A stretch of 62,630 nucleotides of DNA, filler included, from Sphacelaria rigidula (lineage: Eukaryota): assembly GCA_964200075.2 (NCBI GenBank). It is 6 parts of 6 records of this genome, joined end to end, with 100 filler letters (N's around TTAATTAATTAA, not from the genome) between each part and the next. Parts side by side here need not be neighbours in the genome. Positions count along the whole stretch, not along the records: positions 31,368 to 41,722 come from CAXNAA020006668.1; positions 41,823 to 52,176 come from CAXNAA020006669.1; 4 more parts are not named here. One strand, written 5' to 3'. The first letter of the stretch is position 1. The number at the start of each line of letters is the position of its first letter. This document shows positions 37,801 to 50,802 of the stretch, piece after piece. The notes below the pieces were generated by a model. That model had not been told where the DNA came from, did not search any database, and worked only from the letters and a program-made list of their open reading frames with translations. The position numbers and the translations under genes were made by a program.

Positions 37801-40800
37801 TTGGAATACCTGTCCGCGTTCGTCCCATGTAGCTTGCATCCACAACACAGCACCTGCGATGCACTCACACAGTCCGTGGCCATCGTTCAAGCCATCGCAA
37901 CGTGCAAACGGCGTTGTGGAAAACGCAACAATGCGCCTGCTGCAGAGTACCAAGAAATACCGCCGCCCGACTGAAGGGGGACATGAGCTGCTATGTCCAA
38001 GTCGCGACATGGATATAGATATGTTCACAACCGGCGATTGGAATATGTGTCCGCGCTCGGCCCAAGTGGCTTGTACCCACAACACAGTACCTGCAATACC
38101 CTCACACAGTCCGTGGCCATCGACCAAGCCATCGAACGGTACAAACGGCGTTGTAGCGAGCGAGGAACACGCCTGCTTCACAGTCCGAAAACATACCGCC
38201 GCTCGACTCCAGGTGGAAGTAAGCTGCTATGTCCAAGTCGCGACTCCGACATAGATATGTTCACCACCGGCGATTGGAATATGTGTCCGCGCTCGGCCCA
38301 TGCCCCTTGCATCCACAACACAACACAGCACCTGCAATACCCGCATACAGTCCGTTGCCCTTGTTCAAGCCATCGAACGGTACAAACGGCGTTGTAGCGA
38401 GCGAGAAACGCGCCTGCCTGACGGTGCCAAAATATGCCGCCGCCAGACTGAAGATAGAAGTTAGCTGCTATGTCCAAGTCGCTACATGGACATGGACATG
38501 TGCACCACCGGCGATTGGAATACCTGTCCGCGTTCGTCTCATGTGCCTTGCATCCACAACACAGCACCTGCAATACACTCACACAGTCCGTGGCCATCGG
38601 GCAAGCCATCGCGAGGTGCAAACGGCGTTGTGGTGAACGAAAACATATTTCTGCTGCCGAGTGCCAAAACAAACCGCCGCCCGACTGAAGGTGGACATGA
38701 GCTGCTATGTCCAAGTCGCGACTCATACAAAGATATGTTCACCACCGGCGATTGGAATATGTGTCCGCGCTCGGCCCATGTCCCTTGCATCCACAATACA
38801 GCAACCTGCAATACCCTTATACGGTCCGTGGTCATCGTTCATGCCATCGAACGGTACAAACGGCGTTGTAGCGAGCGAGAAACGCGCCTGCCTTACGGTG
38901 CCAAAATATACCGCCGCCAGACTGGAGGAAGAAGTGAGCTGCTATGTCCGAGTCGCTACATGGATATGGATATGTGCACCACCGGCGGTTGGAATGCCTG
39001 TCCGCGTTCGTCTCATGTGCCTTGCATCCACAACACAGCACCTGCAATACACTCACACAGTCCGTGGCCATCGTTCAAGCCATCGCGAGGTGCAAACGGC
39101 GTTGTGGTGAACGAAAACATATTCCTGCTGCCGAGTGCCGAAACAGACCGCCGCCCGACTGAAGGTGGACATGAGCTGCTATGTCCGAGTCGCGACTCAT
39201 ACAGAGATATGTTCACCACCGGCGGTTGGAATATCTGTCCGCGTTAGTCTCATGTACCTTGCATCCACAACACAGCACCTGCAATACCCTCACACAGTCC
39301 GTGGCCATCGTTCAAGTCATCGCAACGTGCAAACGGCGTTGTGGTGAACGAAAACATATTTCTGCTGCCGAGTGCCTTAACATACCGCCGCCCGACTGGA
39401 GGTGGACATAAGCCGCTGTGTCCAAGTCGCGACATGAACATATATATGTTCACCACCGGCGATTGGAATATGTGTCCGCGCTCGACCCAAGTGGCTTGTA
39501 CCCACAACACAGTACCTGCAATACCCTCACACAGTCCGTGGCCATCGACCAAGCCATCGAACGGTACAAACGGCGTTGTAGCGAGCGAGAAACACGCCTG
39601 CCTCACAGTCCGAAAACATACCGCCGCTCGACTGGAGATGGAAGTAAGCTGCTATGTCCAAGTCGCGACTCCGACATAGATATGTTCACCACCGGCGATT
39701 GGAATATGTGTCCGCGCTCGGTCTATGTCCCGTGCATCCACAACACAGCACCTGCAATCCCCTCATACGGTCCATGGCCATCGGTCAAGCCATCGAACGG
39801 TATGAACGGCGTTGTAGCGAGCGAGAAACACGCCTGCCTCACAGTCTGAAAACAAACCGCCGCCCGACTGGAGGTGGAGGTAAGCTGCTATGTCCAAGTC
39901 GCGACTCCGACATAGATATGCTCACCACAGGCGATTGGGATATGTGTCCGCGCTCGGCCCATGTCCCTTGCATCCACAATACAGCACCTGCATTACCCTT
40001 ATACGGTCCGTGGCCATCGTTCATGCCATCGAACGGTTCAAACGGCGTTGTAGCGAGCGAGAAACGCGCCTGCCTTACGGTGCCAAAATATGCCGCCGTC
40101 AGACTGGAGGTAGGAGTAAGCTGCTATGTCCAAGTCGCGACATGGACATGGATATGTGCACCACCGGCGGTTGGAATACCTGTCCGCGTTCGTCTCATGT
40201 GCCTTGCATTCACAACACAGCACCTGCAATACACTCACACAGTCCGTGGCCATCGTTCAAGCCATCGCAAGGTGCAAACGGCGGTGTGGTGAACGAAAAC
40301 ATATTCCTGCTGCCGAGTGCCGAAACAAACCGCCGCCCGACTGAAGGTGGACATGAGCTGCTATGTCCAAGTCGCGACTCATACAGAGATATGTTCACCA
40401 CCGGCGATTGGAATATGTGTCCGCGCTCGGCCCAAGTGGCTTGTTTTCACAACACAGCACCTGCAATACCCTCACACAGTCCGTGGCCATCGGGCAAGCC
40501 ATCGAACGGTACAAACGGCGTCGTAGCGAGCGAGGAACGCGCGTGCTATACAGAGCCAAAATTTACTGTCGCTCGACTGGAGGTGGAAGTAAGCTGCTAT
40601 GTCCAAGTCGCGAAATGAACATATATATGCTTACCACCGGCGATTGGAATACCTGTCTGCCCTCGGCGCATGTGCCTCGCATCAACAACACAGCACCTGC
40701 AATACCCTCACACACTCCGTGGCCAGCGTTTAAGCCATCGAACGGTACAAACGGCGTTGTAGCGAGGGAGGAACGCGCGTGCCTTACAGTGCCAAAATCT

Positions 40801-41722
40801 ACTGTCGCCCGACTGGAGATGGAGGTAGGCTGGTATGTCCAAGTCGCGACATGGACATAGACATAGATATGTTCACCACCACCGGGTGGAATACCTGTCC
40901 GCGTTCGTCTCATGTGGCTTGCATCCACAACGAAGCACCTGGAATACCCTCACACAGTTCGTGGCCGTCGTTCAAGCCATCGAACGGTATGAACGGCGTT
41001 GTGGTGAACGAGGACATATTCCTGCTGCCGAATGCCAAGAAATACCGCTGCCCGACTGGAGGTGGACATGAGCTGCTATGTCCAAGTCGCGACTCCGATA
41101 TAGATATGTTCACCACCGGCGATTGGAATACCTGTCCGCGCTCGGCCCATGTGCAGTGCATCGACACTACAGCACCTGCAATACCCTCATACAGTCCGTG
41201 GCCATCGTTCAAGCCAGCGAACGGTTCAAACGGCGTTGTAGCGAGCGAGAAACGCGCCTGCCTTACGGTGCCAAAATATACCGCCGCTCGACCGGAGGTG
41301 GAAGTAAGCTGCTATGTCCAAGTCGCGACATGGACATAGACATAGATATGTTCACCACTACCGGGTGGAATACCTGTCCGCGTTCGTCTCATGTGGCTTG
41401 CATCCACAACGAAGCACCTGCAATACCCTCACACAGTCCGTGACCATCGTTCAAGCCATCGCGAGGTGCAAACGGCGGTGTGGTGAACGAAAACATATTC
41501 CTGCTGCCGAGTGCCGAAACAAACCGCCGCCCGACTGGAGGTGGACATGAGCTGCTATGTCCAAGTCGCGACTCATACAGAGATATGTTCACCATCGGCG
41601 ATTGGAATATGTGTCCGCGCTCGGCCCAAGTGGCTTGTTTTCACAACACAGCACCTGCAATACCCTCACACAGTCCGTGGCCATCGGGCAAGCCATCGAA
41701 CGGTACAAACGGCGTCGTAGCG
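34895..41722. repeat. Tandem satellite of 236/237-bp units, ~29 copies, running off the contig end
   Basis: CTATGTCCAAGTCGC marker at ~34922, 35158, 35395, 35631, 35867 ... 41314, 41557. Confidence 0.97.
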
Positions 41723-41822
41723 NNNNNNNNNNNNNNNNNNNNNNNNNNNNNNNNNNNNNNNNNNNNTTAATTAATTAANNNNNNNNNNNNNNNNNNNNNN
41801 NNNNNNNNNNNNNNNNNNNNNN
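41723..41822. other. Artificial contig-joining spacer
   Basis: N44-TTAATTAATTAA-N44. Confidence 0.97.
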
Positions 41823-42664
41823 GGGCTTTTGTTGTTTCAGATTGCGCCACGGTTGTGTTTGGGATGGGACAAGAGGGGGGGGGGGGGGGCAAAATGAGTC
41901 CTTTTCGCTGTATTATTCCGTATCTCTGTGTGGTACGCACCGAATCTCTATGTTGTGCGTATGCGGCGACCTCTCCTCCTCTCTCTCGTCGGGATAAATT
42001 TGTTGTTGTCTTGAAGCAATCTGTATCTCCCGCGGTGTATTTTGTTTCGTTGGTGTTACGTCAAGAGGAGGTGAATCTGTTTGCGGATGTTTTCCCGGTC
42101 TTTACGTATGTGCGGTGATTTGTGTGTGTTCCTTGCGTTTCTCTCAGTGTATCTGTGTGTGTGTGAGAGAGAGAGAGAGGGAGAGTTGGTGCTGTTCTAC
42201 TCGGCAGGTCGGTTCATGGCGTTTTACTCGTACATTCGTTGATCACTGTGTGTGCCCGCGTGCATTTTTTCCCTTAGGGTCGTTGTTGGCGTATTGTGTG
42301 ATTCGGAACGTATGTCATGTTTGCCCGCGCTCACAAGTTTTCCCTCGAAATTATCCAAAGCTTGTTGCCCTGAAAGCAACAAAGAAATCAAGCAACGGCA
42401 TCCTGTATGTCGCAGTTGTGTGCGTCATATTCCTGTGACGTGTGTTTTCGGAACGTGCCTCACATTTTCCGCACGCATAAGTGTCCCTCGAAACACGACA
42501 AGCTCCCTTCCACTGAACACAAAATCCCGAAATGAACAACGACGTCCTGCGACCAGTCGATTGCCTTGATTGTGAGCTTCACACGTATATTTCATGCCCG
42601 CCGTATTATTCCCTCTCCATATTTTCTTTTTCAATTTTTTGGTTTTGTTGTTGTTCTTGTAAAG

Positions 42665-42811
42665 GCTGTAGCGCGTGGCCGCACTTGCCGAATGGCCTTC
42701 CTCGTTGTACGAGAGCTGGTCATACTAGCGCAGGCTACGGTGAGGGGGTGGCTAGAGCGGCGAGTGGCGGCGAAGCAACGAAACCAGCGCTTGAAGGAGC
42801 TACGCAATCAG
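42665..42811 (+). CDS. IQ-motif exon of a probable myosin (AVARGRTCR...LAQATVRGWLERR...LKELRNQ)
   Basis: One complete IQ-like motif (QATVRGWLER) preceded by the second half of another (AVARGRTCR). T-rich acceptor AAG, donor CAG|GTGGGG, phase 0/0. Confidence 0.75.
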
Positions 42812-43702
42812 GTGGGGGAGGAGGACAGGGGTTGGTGACAGAAAAAACGTCAGGAAGTAGTTCTGTGCGCATTTGTTCTCGTCATTTCTACAGATAAATG
42901 TGTCTTCTCGCGCAAGCTCTACCGCGACTTCACCAACCCACTCTATCGCGAGGTACTGTGATTTTAAGCCCGGTTTACTCCGCTGCTCTCGTTCGTGCCT
43001 AAACCCCATTTTGTAGAACGGAGGGGGTGGAGGGGGTTGGGTGGTGCTCATGATATTTATGCGGAAGCAAGTAGGCGAGAATATTTCATTTCGAAGGAAC
43101 GCTTGACGGGGAGTTTTGGTATCCCCCTCCCTGGGTGATCTGGCAGTGACAGTTGAGACAATCTACACGAGGGACGCGGCGCGGGAGGAGGGGGGGGGGG
43201 CGGTGTCGTGCTCGTGTTTCGTATTACCGTGCTGTGAGAGTCGTTGGCAGCACAAAGTCTCGACGAGATCGAAAAACGTGCATATCATGGATGCTATACG
43301 GGGGTAAATATCCCTGGACGGGAAGATTACCAACCACGATTTTGTCATTAGACGGTGCCCGGCACTGCTGCTACATGATAGCATCCTATCCTGCCATATG
43401 TGATGTATTGACGCAAGGGGTAACGGCGTGGCAGCGCAGCAGTCAGTTGACGAGGAAATCGATGCAGCGTTTTAGTGTCATCATGGGTAATGTATGTGTA
43501 CTCCATGACTTTACTCCATGACTTACAGATGTTGAAGTAATTATCTTTGCCCCCCCTCGAAGGCTGAACCGAAAGGTACAGTTCATGCCTTGGTGTGCCT
43601 TGCCTGCCTCGGACTGGTACTTCTTATCTCGCAGTGGGTGCAGCTAGCATCGCTCATTCCCTACTCGCTTCTCAAACATTGTGGAATTGATGGCCGCATT
43701 GT

Positions 43703-43734
<32 letters not shown>

Positions 43735-44529
43735 TGTTTTCTTCCCAATATTTCCTTTTTTTAGAATATTCTACTAGGTAGTCTTCTTCTTTTGATCGTT
43801 TCCGCGTTCATTCAGGGCGCGAAGCCGGACGAACTGCGACAACGAATTTCGCAGCGGCAAAAGAACAATTGTTATTGCGCCTATTTGCCCAGCACATTTC
43901 GTACTCCTCATGCGCGACAACTGCGTTCCTGACCGGTAATCACGGCGTAGTACCTGAGCGGCACCTCTCTGTCTGCAAGCACCCCTTAACCCCAACGTGA
44001 CCTGCAACATACCGTGTTTTGCATTCTGTGGGCTCCAGTCCCTGAGGTAGTGTTCGATGTTTTTTTTACTCAAAGTACTTGTTTCGGCCCCCCCACATAT
44101 TTCCGATGGTGCAGCCAGCAGGGTGGACCTGAGGGGTTTTGGTGCCCAAGAGGCTGTATATATATTATACTCAGTATTTTTTCTATGGCAAGCCGCAAAA
44201 CGCGCACGTTCTGGCTCACGCTAACCCCCATCTTCACCTCATCCTCACCAATGTCTTATCCTGTAATTCGGTTAGGTTAGGGTGAGTTCATGTCCTATAA
44301 AATTCATTGTAACACCAGCCACGGTATCGAGTCTCACTACTTGAGAGACCAGATGTACAGCACTAAAAACATCATTGCCACGTAAGTAAATAACTTACAA
44401 GACACACATATAAATTTATATATATATTGTCAGTCCCCATCCGTTTTTTTTTATGAGACTGCATCCAACTTACCCGTGTGTTTTTTGTTTACATCGTAAC
44501 GTGCTTTCTTGTACGCCCTTCTTCTTAAG

Positions 44530-44598
44530 GTGTTCGATCTGTGGCTTCGTGCGTCCACACCCCTCCTCTACAGGAGCAAGTTTTGGGTGCTTTTCCAG
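44530..44598 (+). CDS. Same gene, DUF3490/NACK_C-like exon (VFDLWLRASTPLLYRSKFWVLFQ)
   Basis: CTTAAG acceptor, donor CAG|GTGCAG, phase 0/0. Resembles the I-x-x-LW...L-x-HR-x-x-F-x-LLF pattern of DUF3490. Confidence 0.72.
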
Positions 44599-47569
44599 GT
44601 GCAGTGTGGATGCCTCGCTCTTGAACGGTATAGTTCAAGATAATAAAAAAATTGAACGCTATGACGCAGGGCACAACCTTGCAAGTAGGTTGTGTCCCAT
44701 CTATTGTATCGGAGGAGCTATGAATGGTAGGTAAACAAGCCGATTTTCATCGCCGTGGTGACGGGCCCCGCCTTGAAGACGGCTGACTTCGCCCTGTTGA
44801 AGCCGGACGAGTTATTCGGGCCGTGGGATGTGATCATCAATGTACGGTGTCGTGCACCCCCAAAATGATTCCCACTTTGAGACGGTGGTTGATCAATGCT
44901 CGAAACAGTGGTAAACATGCATATTGTACATCCTGTCCCCCGCAAAGCGCCAAATATTACAATATCCCACCGGGGAGTGTCGAATTATCCACATTGGTTT
45001 CAAAATAGAGTAGAAGCTTTCGCGGCTACTTACTTGTTTGCATGTGGTACGGCGGCCATTCCTGTCATTTCCCGGGTTTTCAACCCGCGCGGAGAACAAC
45101 TTATATCTCAATCCCCCCCGGCCGGTAACGATCCAGAAGTCGGGTTTGATCAGAAGCACGGCGATCAAGATCAAGAGCACTAATCACTCCAGGATACTGC
45201 TTGCACACGGCCACTGATGGATGCAGCTGATGGTTGCCGCTGATATCCACACCTCACACCCAACCATCGTCATCATCCTGTTCTTGTGTGAGCAACGCGG
45301 CTTTGCGCTTTGTGGGGATCAGCGCAGCAGCAGCAACACTATTGCGTGTTCTCTGGCTTCACCATGCAGAAGGCTATCATGCGCGTAGTGCTGTACATGT
45401 GGTGCAGTATAGTCTTGTTGCCAATTAGGGGCAGCACGTGGAGATCCTAGCACCGGAGAATGCCGATAGCTGCAGTGCATGCACACAAAGCTTGCCGTAG
45501 ATATGGGCATACTCTCCCGCGATTGTATCGTTATCCATGCGTTCTGAGGGCATGATCATCATGTCTGGGCAACATGCGCACCGTACTTTCATGCGCACTG
45601 ACTGTGTGCTGTAGTTCTTCGTTGTCGGAGTCATGTGTATACTAGTATGTGTGCAAAAGTGCCATCGAAGATTGTGAACTGCAATGCACGTGGCGGGCTG
45701 CATAGAGAACGAGCAATGGCAGCGTGCCTTTCGCTACCTCTCTTTTACTTCGGAGACGACACTGAAGGCGGGGAACCGTCACGATCCTGGAATGATGCCA
45801 AGTCATTTTTTCCTGTACCAGTGCGTACCGTAGCGACGTCCTGCGAAGAACGGTTTTGGGTATTCTTTCCGTATCTTGAGGTTGTATGGATGAGGACAAA
45901 AATAGCAACAACGACAAAAATAATCACTAAATTATGATATTATCAATACTTATGGTAATAGTAATAGTAGTAAGTTTATAGACTCCTCCCCCCCATCCGA
46001 TCTGACTCCCAGTCACAGGATGAAGGTTGGGTACGGGAGAAGAGAACAGTGAAACGAAGCAGGGTCATGATCGAAATCAATCTCGACGGAGAGGGGTTCG
46101 TCAACTTACGGTGGAGTATGGCTTGTGAGAGAGAAGAACGTGTGTATGTAAAGAAATGCCAATACCCTGTGGACTGAACTGTTAAACTCTGTGATTTCGT
46201 GCGATAGAAACATGTAGATGACAGTTTCCATGTACAGCAGAGATCCGCAGTCAGTGTTGTAATGCGCCACATAGCAGACAGCTGTACTGGTACAGAGACA
46301 AGAACGAGCCTACTAGAACAACAATCTGAGAGCTGAGAACATCTACGGAATACATAATTCTGTAGGCGCCATCCACGTTAAACGACCGCGCTTTTTTTGA
46401 GGGGGGGGGGGATGGAAACAAAAAATCCCCTGCTGGGGGTCTCAAAAATGTATGCAAGTCTACTCAGGGGTATAGGGTTGAAATTATGAAAAAAAAAAGA
46501 AACGATCGATGACTACAGGGTTTCAGCTAGTTTTCAAATTATCCCTAAGGAAATATTCGAAAACGCAAAAAGCGGGGAAGGGCCAAAATCATCCCTCGTT
46601 TTGAAAAAAGTGTCCGATTGAGAATTTTTTTTCAGGGTTGGTCAATTTTTGGGCGTATATCACGAATCTGCAACCAGATTTACTCTCCTCCCTTTTGATG
46701 CTGAGCTACGGGCACATTGCCAGCGGCAGCACTTTCGTTGTTCTCCACAAATGTACTCTACTTGTTGGTAGTATGCAGCAGCACACTCATTATCGAGCCT
46801 GTGCCCAACGGAGTTTTGGTGTGGACAACTTTCTGAGTGGCTCTACCCCTCCTAAATCGACCTCGTGGAAGCGACTGCAGGGAAGGGGGAGAAAAAAAAA
46901 AGTTCGGGAATGCGGCGAAAAAAAAAGTTCTCGGTGATCCGGAACGATTTTGTTTTCTCCCTTTTTTTAGACGACGGTTTCGGGTTCTGCGGAGCGAACC
47001 GAAAAAACTTTTTAAAATTATTTTATTTCTTCAGTTGGGCAGGACCGATTTCCCTTTATTGCGGATGGCGCCTGTAGTGATGTGTGAATGCTGCAGTGGT
47101 CGCAGCAGCGTCCATCCCCTTCCCCCCTATAACCGCACCGGTCCAGCAGACAGTCTTGTAACGAGCCGTCTCGTAGTCGACACAAGGTAGGCAGGAGTCT
47201 CGTACTGTTGTAGGACACGGTGGCAATTCTTCAGCGCACTCAAAACCCATGTGCTTTACCCGCAAAGTGACGCAGAGGCAGCAGGAAGCATCGGTATGGG
47301 ATACAGAAGATTGGTCGCATGTCCACATATCTGATTCCCCCCCCCCCCCCCCCCCCCCCCCCCCCGCCCTCCGGGTTGTGTGGTTTTGTNNNNNNNNNNA
47401 AGTGGAGGAGGGGCACCAGGGAGCCTCGGGTTTGGATTCACAAGTTTGGTTTGCTTTCCCCAATTTTTGTTCCCCCCCCCCCCCCCCGTTCCCATATGGG
47501 ACCTCCTGTATGGTGTATCATGCGTGTGCTGATGTGCGGGTGCGTGCGTTCGTGCGTGCGTGCGATAAG

Positions 47570-47653
47570 GGTGGAGGATTTCTTGACCTGGCCATTCACG
47601 AGGATGAAGCACTAAGGCTATGGCGAGACTTGGGGCTGGTTGAGCACCAACAG
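47570..47653 (+). CDS. Same gene exon (GGGFLDLAIHEDEALRLWRDLGLVEHQQ)
   Basis: AAG acceptor, donor CAG|GTACTG, phase 0/0. Continues the DUF3490-like G...E.E..RL pattern. Confidence 0.68.
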
Positions 47654-47960
47654 GTACTGACGATAGGTGCCATATCTGTTTTGAGTTCTACATGTCATGC
47701 ACTTGTGTACGAAGAGATAATCCTCGCGACAAGCCCGTTTGTGGTTGTTCTATCGCGTTGTCAAGGGTTCGCCCGTATCCACAGATGTGTGTCTGTCACC
47801 TTCTGGCTGCTGGGTTCGCCTGGCGAACCAGAAAGGGTGACCACTTATTCGATTTATTGCTTGGTTTGACTGATTGGTTTGATTCGATAGTCGCGCTTTC
47901 GGTTGATCGCCACACGTTCGATTCGTTGTCGCACATTTGATCAGACTGGTTCACGCTTAT

Positions 47961-48291
47961 CAACCTGAGAAAACTCATACGCAAAACTTCGCGCCGTTTC
48001 CAGGAGTTAGACGCTGATATTTTGCACAGTTCTGCTATGTGTCATTACGCAAGGTCCGAAGGTCGGGGTTTTCTTCACTCTGGTATTTTTTTCACCGTTC
48101 TCGGGGGGTCCCAGGATTTTTGGGAAACTTGGATCCCGTCGGACCCTCGAAAAACGGTGAAAATTCACGGAGTAGAAAAGCTTGGTCCATCGACAGTTGC
48201 GTAGTGAAGCATAACAATTTTGTGCAAAATTTCAGGGTCTAACTCCTGAACGGCGTGAAGTTTTGCGCGTTTGTGCAATGTCGTGAGGTTG
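47961..48291. mobile_element. Foldback/inverted-repeat element F3
   Basis: AAAACTTCGCGCCGTTTCCAGGAGTTAGACGCTGATATTTTGCACA versus TGTGCAAAATTTCAGGGTCTAACTCCTGAACGGCGTGAAGTTTT. Confidence 0.72.
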
Positions 48292-50285
48292 AAACATGCA
48301 CATTCCAAAATACTTGGTTTTAGTGTGAAGGCGTATGTTTTGGGTGAATTCGACGTCAAGGTGAGAAAAATGATGAGGTTTTCGAGTTTCTTGACCAAAC
48401 TTTGTCCGTTTGTTCCTTGCACTACCCCAGGACGCATCATGCTATTATTTTTCTCTTGATGCATTCGGTACCGCCTTCCAGCGGTCTTCTCAGTGGGACC
48501 CCTGGAAGCCGGTAGAGAGTGGAGATAGTTTTTAATCAATGTCAATAATACTTTTTTTCATTTGGAGTATCAAAACCTACGGAACTGCCAAGTTTGCGGC
48601 GATGTGAGCTTTTTTACGACAGAAATAAGCTTTACCGTAACGAGGCTCCCTGGGTCTTCGTTCGTTTCTTCGGCGGAAATTACACGGCGCCAAAGCCCCA
48701 CATCACCGAAACATCACAATTTCGGGTATAATTCGACCTCGTGGTGACCGTCTTCAAATATATATATGTCTGCTAGATCCCCGAGCTTATTCCGGTCAGT
48801 ACGATTTGAAGCATATTAAGACTTGGGTGAAAATTGGGCTTGGAATTCATATCTTCGATTTCAGAAGGGCGTTGAACGGTCGAGGTAGCCTTTTGTCCTT
48901 AGCGCCACCACTATTTCCTTGAACACAAATCCGGCTTTGTCACGCTATCCAGCTGTCCATGGGGATGAGTATGATATCATGTATGCGACTATTGGGTAGG
49001 TATCGCGAAAGGTATTTGCTCATGACACAATTTCAGGTGATGCGCGTGAACCAGCCTGTTGGATATATGTACATGTAGATAGATGTACGTATGGTGTGTG
49101 TGTGTTTTGTCTTGAGATTCTCGTGATTTTTGACCGCGGATCAGAACGAAAGGTCATGTTATGACTAAAAAAATGGTACAACGGGAACTGGAGTGTTACG
49201 GGGTATCCTCCACGCCGGACCGAACACGAGAGGTTGTGCATGTTGCAGAAATCTCTAGAATATACAATGTTGTACATGAATCGATGTTCTGTAGCCGTGT
49301 CTAGAAGGTTGTTTTGAATGGAATGCAACATGTGACGATGCTTATGAAGTAGATTATTCTAAATCATATGCAGCATATGACGACGTTCCGCAGGTTGTGC
49401 TAAACCGAGTGCAATGTCTTACAACGTCAGGAGAAGTATTTCTAAGCTGAGGGTATGATCTAGTTCTGCTCCGTTGGAGGTGGTAAGGGATATCCCCTCC
49501 ATCTCCTCATGGTATCCCACATTTCATCTCAACTCCCCAAATACTGCTGCGCGCATTTTATGTTGATGGCAGCACTTGGTGTAATAGGATGTAGGTACTC
49601 TGGGGAGGTGATACGATGGTGGCATGGGCACGTGTACGTGTATGTGATGAAGCCCAGAGGACAGCCAGCATCGTCGACCGAAGCATGTCGGAAAAGCTGA
49701 ATATAAGAACACGTTCACTCTTGGTCGTTTTTGTCGTTCCATTTCTGATTTTATTTTTGCTCGGCTTTCGAAGGAGGCGACGTAGGGTTAGTTGGGACAG
49801 GTGGGACACCTGTAAGAGATCAACTATAGAATCCACTTCCTAAGGATAGAGTGCTGTACTGCATGTCAACCAACCACAATGCCAACGGTTGTTCCCTCCC
49901 TCCCCCCCCCAATTTTGAGCTTAGACGTGACGTCACTCACGTTCAACGGATTTCATCCGGGGTGGTCCTGGTGGTACTACGGTAGTAGCAGCAGTAGTGT
50001 GCTCACCACTTCTCGTGATATCTGACACGCCTGCTTACCAGTCCAAATTCCAAGACTGTCTATCTGGGGCTGTTGCTCTCGTCAATCCGTGCTCGGGTTA
50101 TATCTTGCCACAGTCAGTTCATTCCAAAGCCACGCTCGCCTTCCGGGGAGATGCGTTCAAGTCCTGCCCACGAAATGTATCACACGTTCCCTGAACCCCA
50201 CTGAATGCGAAGCTATGGCCTCAACACGGAACACTCAATCCTGGGTGGGATAGAGCGTACCCGCTGCCCCTGAATCCCCGTCACC

Positions 50286-50326
<41 letters not shown>
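50286..50326. repeat. (GTA)n microsatellite
   Basis: Read directly from the sequence. Confidence 0.95.
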
Positions 50327-50327
<1 letters not shown>

Positions 50328-50569
50328 TCCCCTGGGCAGAACAAGCAACACTTTTCATTTCTTGTACCTCGTCGTGTATGAACAAGTTTTTTTTTGCCCC
50401 AGGATACTACCGTAGCGCAGCAGTGTTGAACAGCTTGGGGATCCGGCTACTCATCCCTCTTGGGTAGGTGCGAGCACCGTTGGATCTGGATATTGTCATC
50501 CAAACTGTCGCCAAACGTTTTGATCACACCGAGTAAACCCCCCCTCCCTCGTCCACGAACCAAAAACAG

Positions 50570-50802
50570 GAGCACATCGCCCGGGTGCACTTCAATCAGA
50601 CCTTCCGTTACGTCGCGGAGTGGTTGCGGACCACCCGCCCTGCGATCTCCAGCCACCCAAAAAACGACCAACTGGAGATGTCATTGGTGCCGTCCACGAC
50701 ATCATCCCCGGGGTCTATTAACGGCGTGACGGGTACGGCGAGCAAGGGGGCGATGGGGACGCCCAGCAGCCAGGGAGCGTCGTTGAGGTCGAGGGTGTTG
50801 AG
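50570..50802 (+). CDS. Same gene, probable next exon (EHIARVHFNQTFRYVAEWLRTT...GASLRSRVL)
   Basis: AACAG acceptor in phase 0. The 3' border is uncertain: AG|GCGAGT GC-type donor or nearby GT sites. Confidence 0.5.

Noticed and set aside
34922..41778. Dozens of ORFs up to 253 aa (MSKSR..., MFTTGDWN...)
   Set aside because: They are frame-shifted translations of one satellite unit on both strands, so they were not annotated as CDS.
47390..47399. 10-N gap beside long C runs
   Set aside because: Ordinary scaffold gap or homopolymer artefact. The ORFs crossing it are meaningless.
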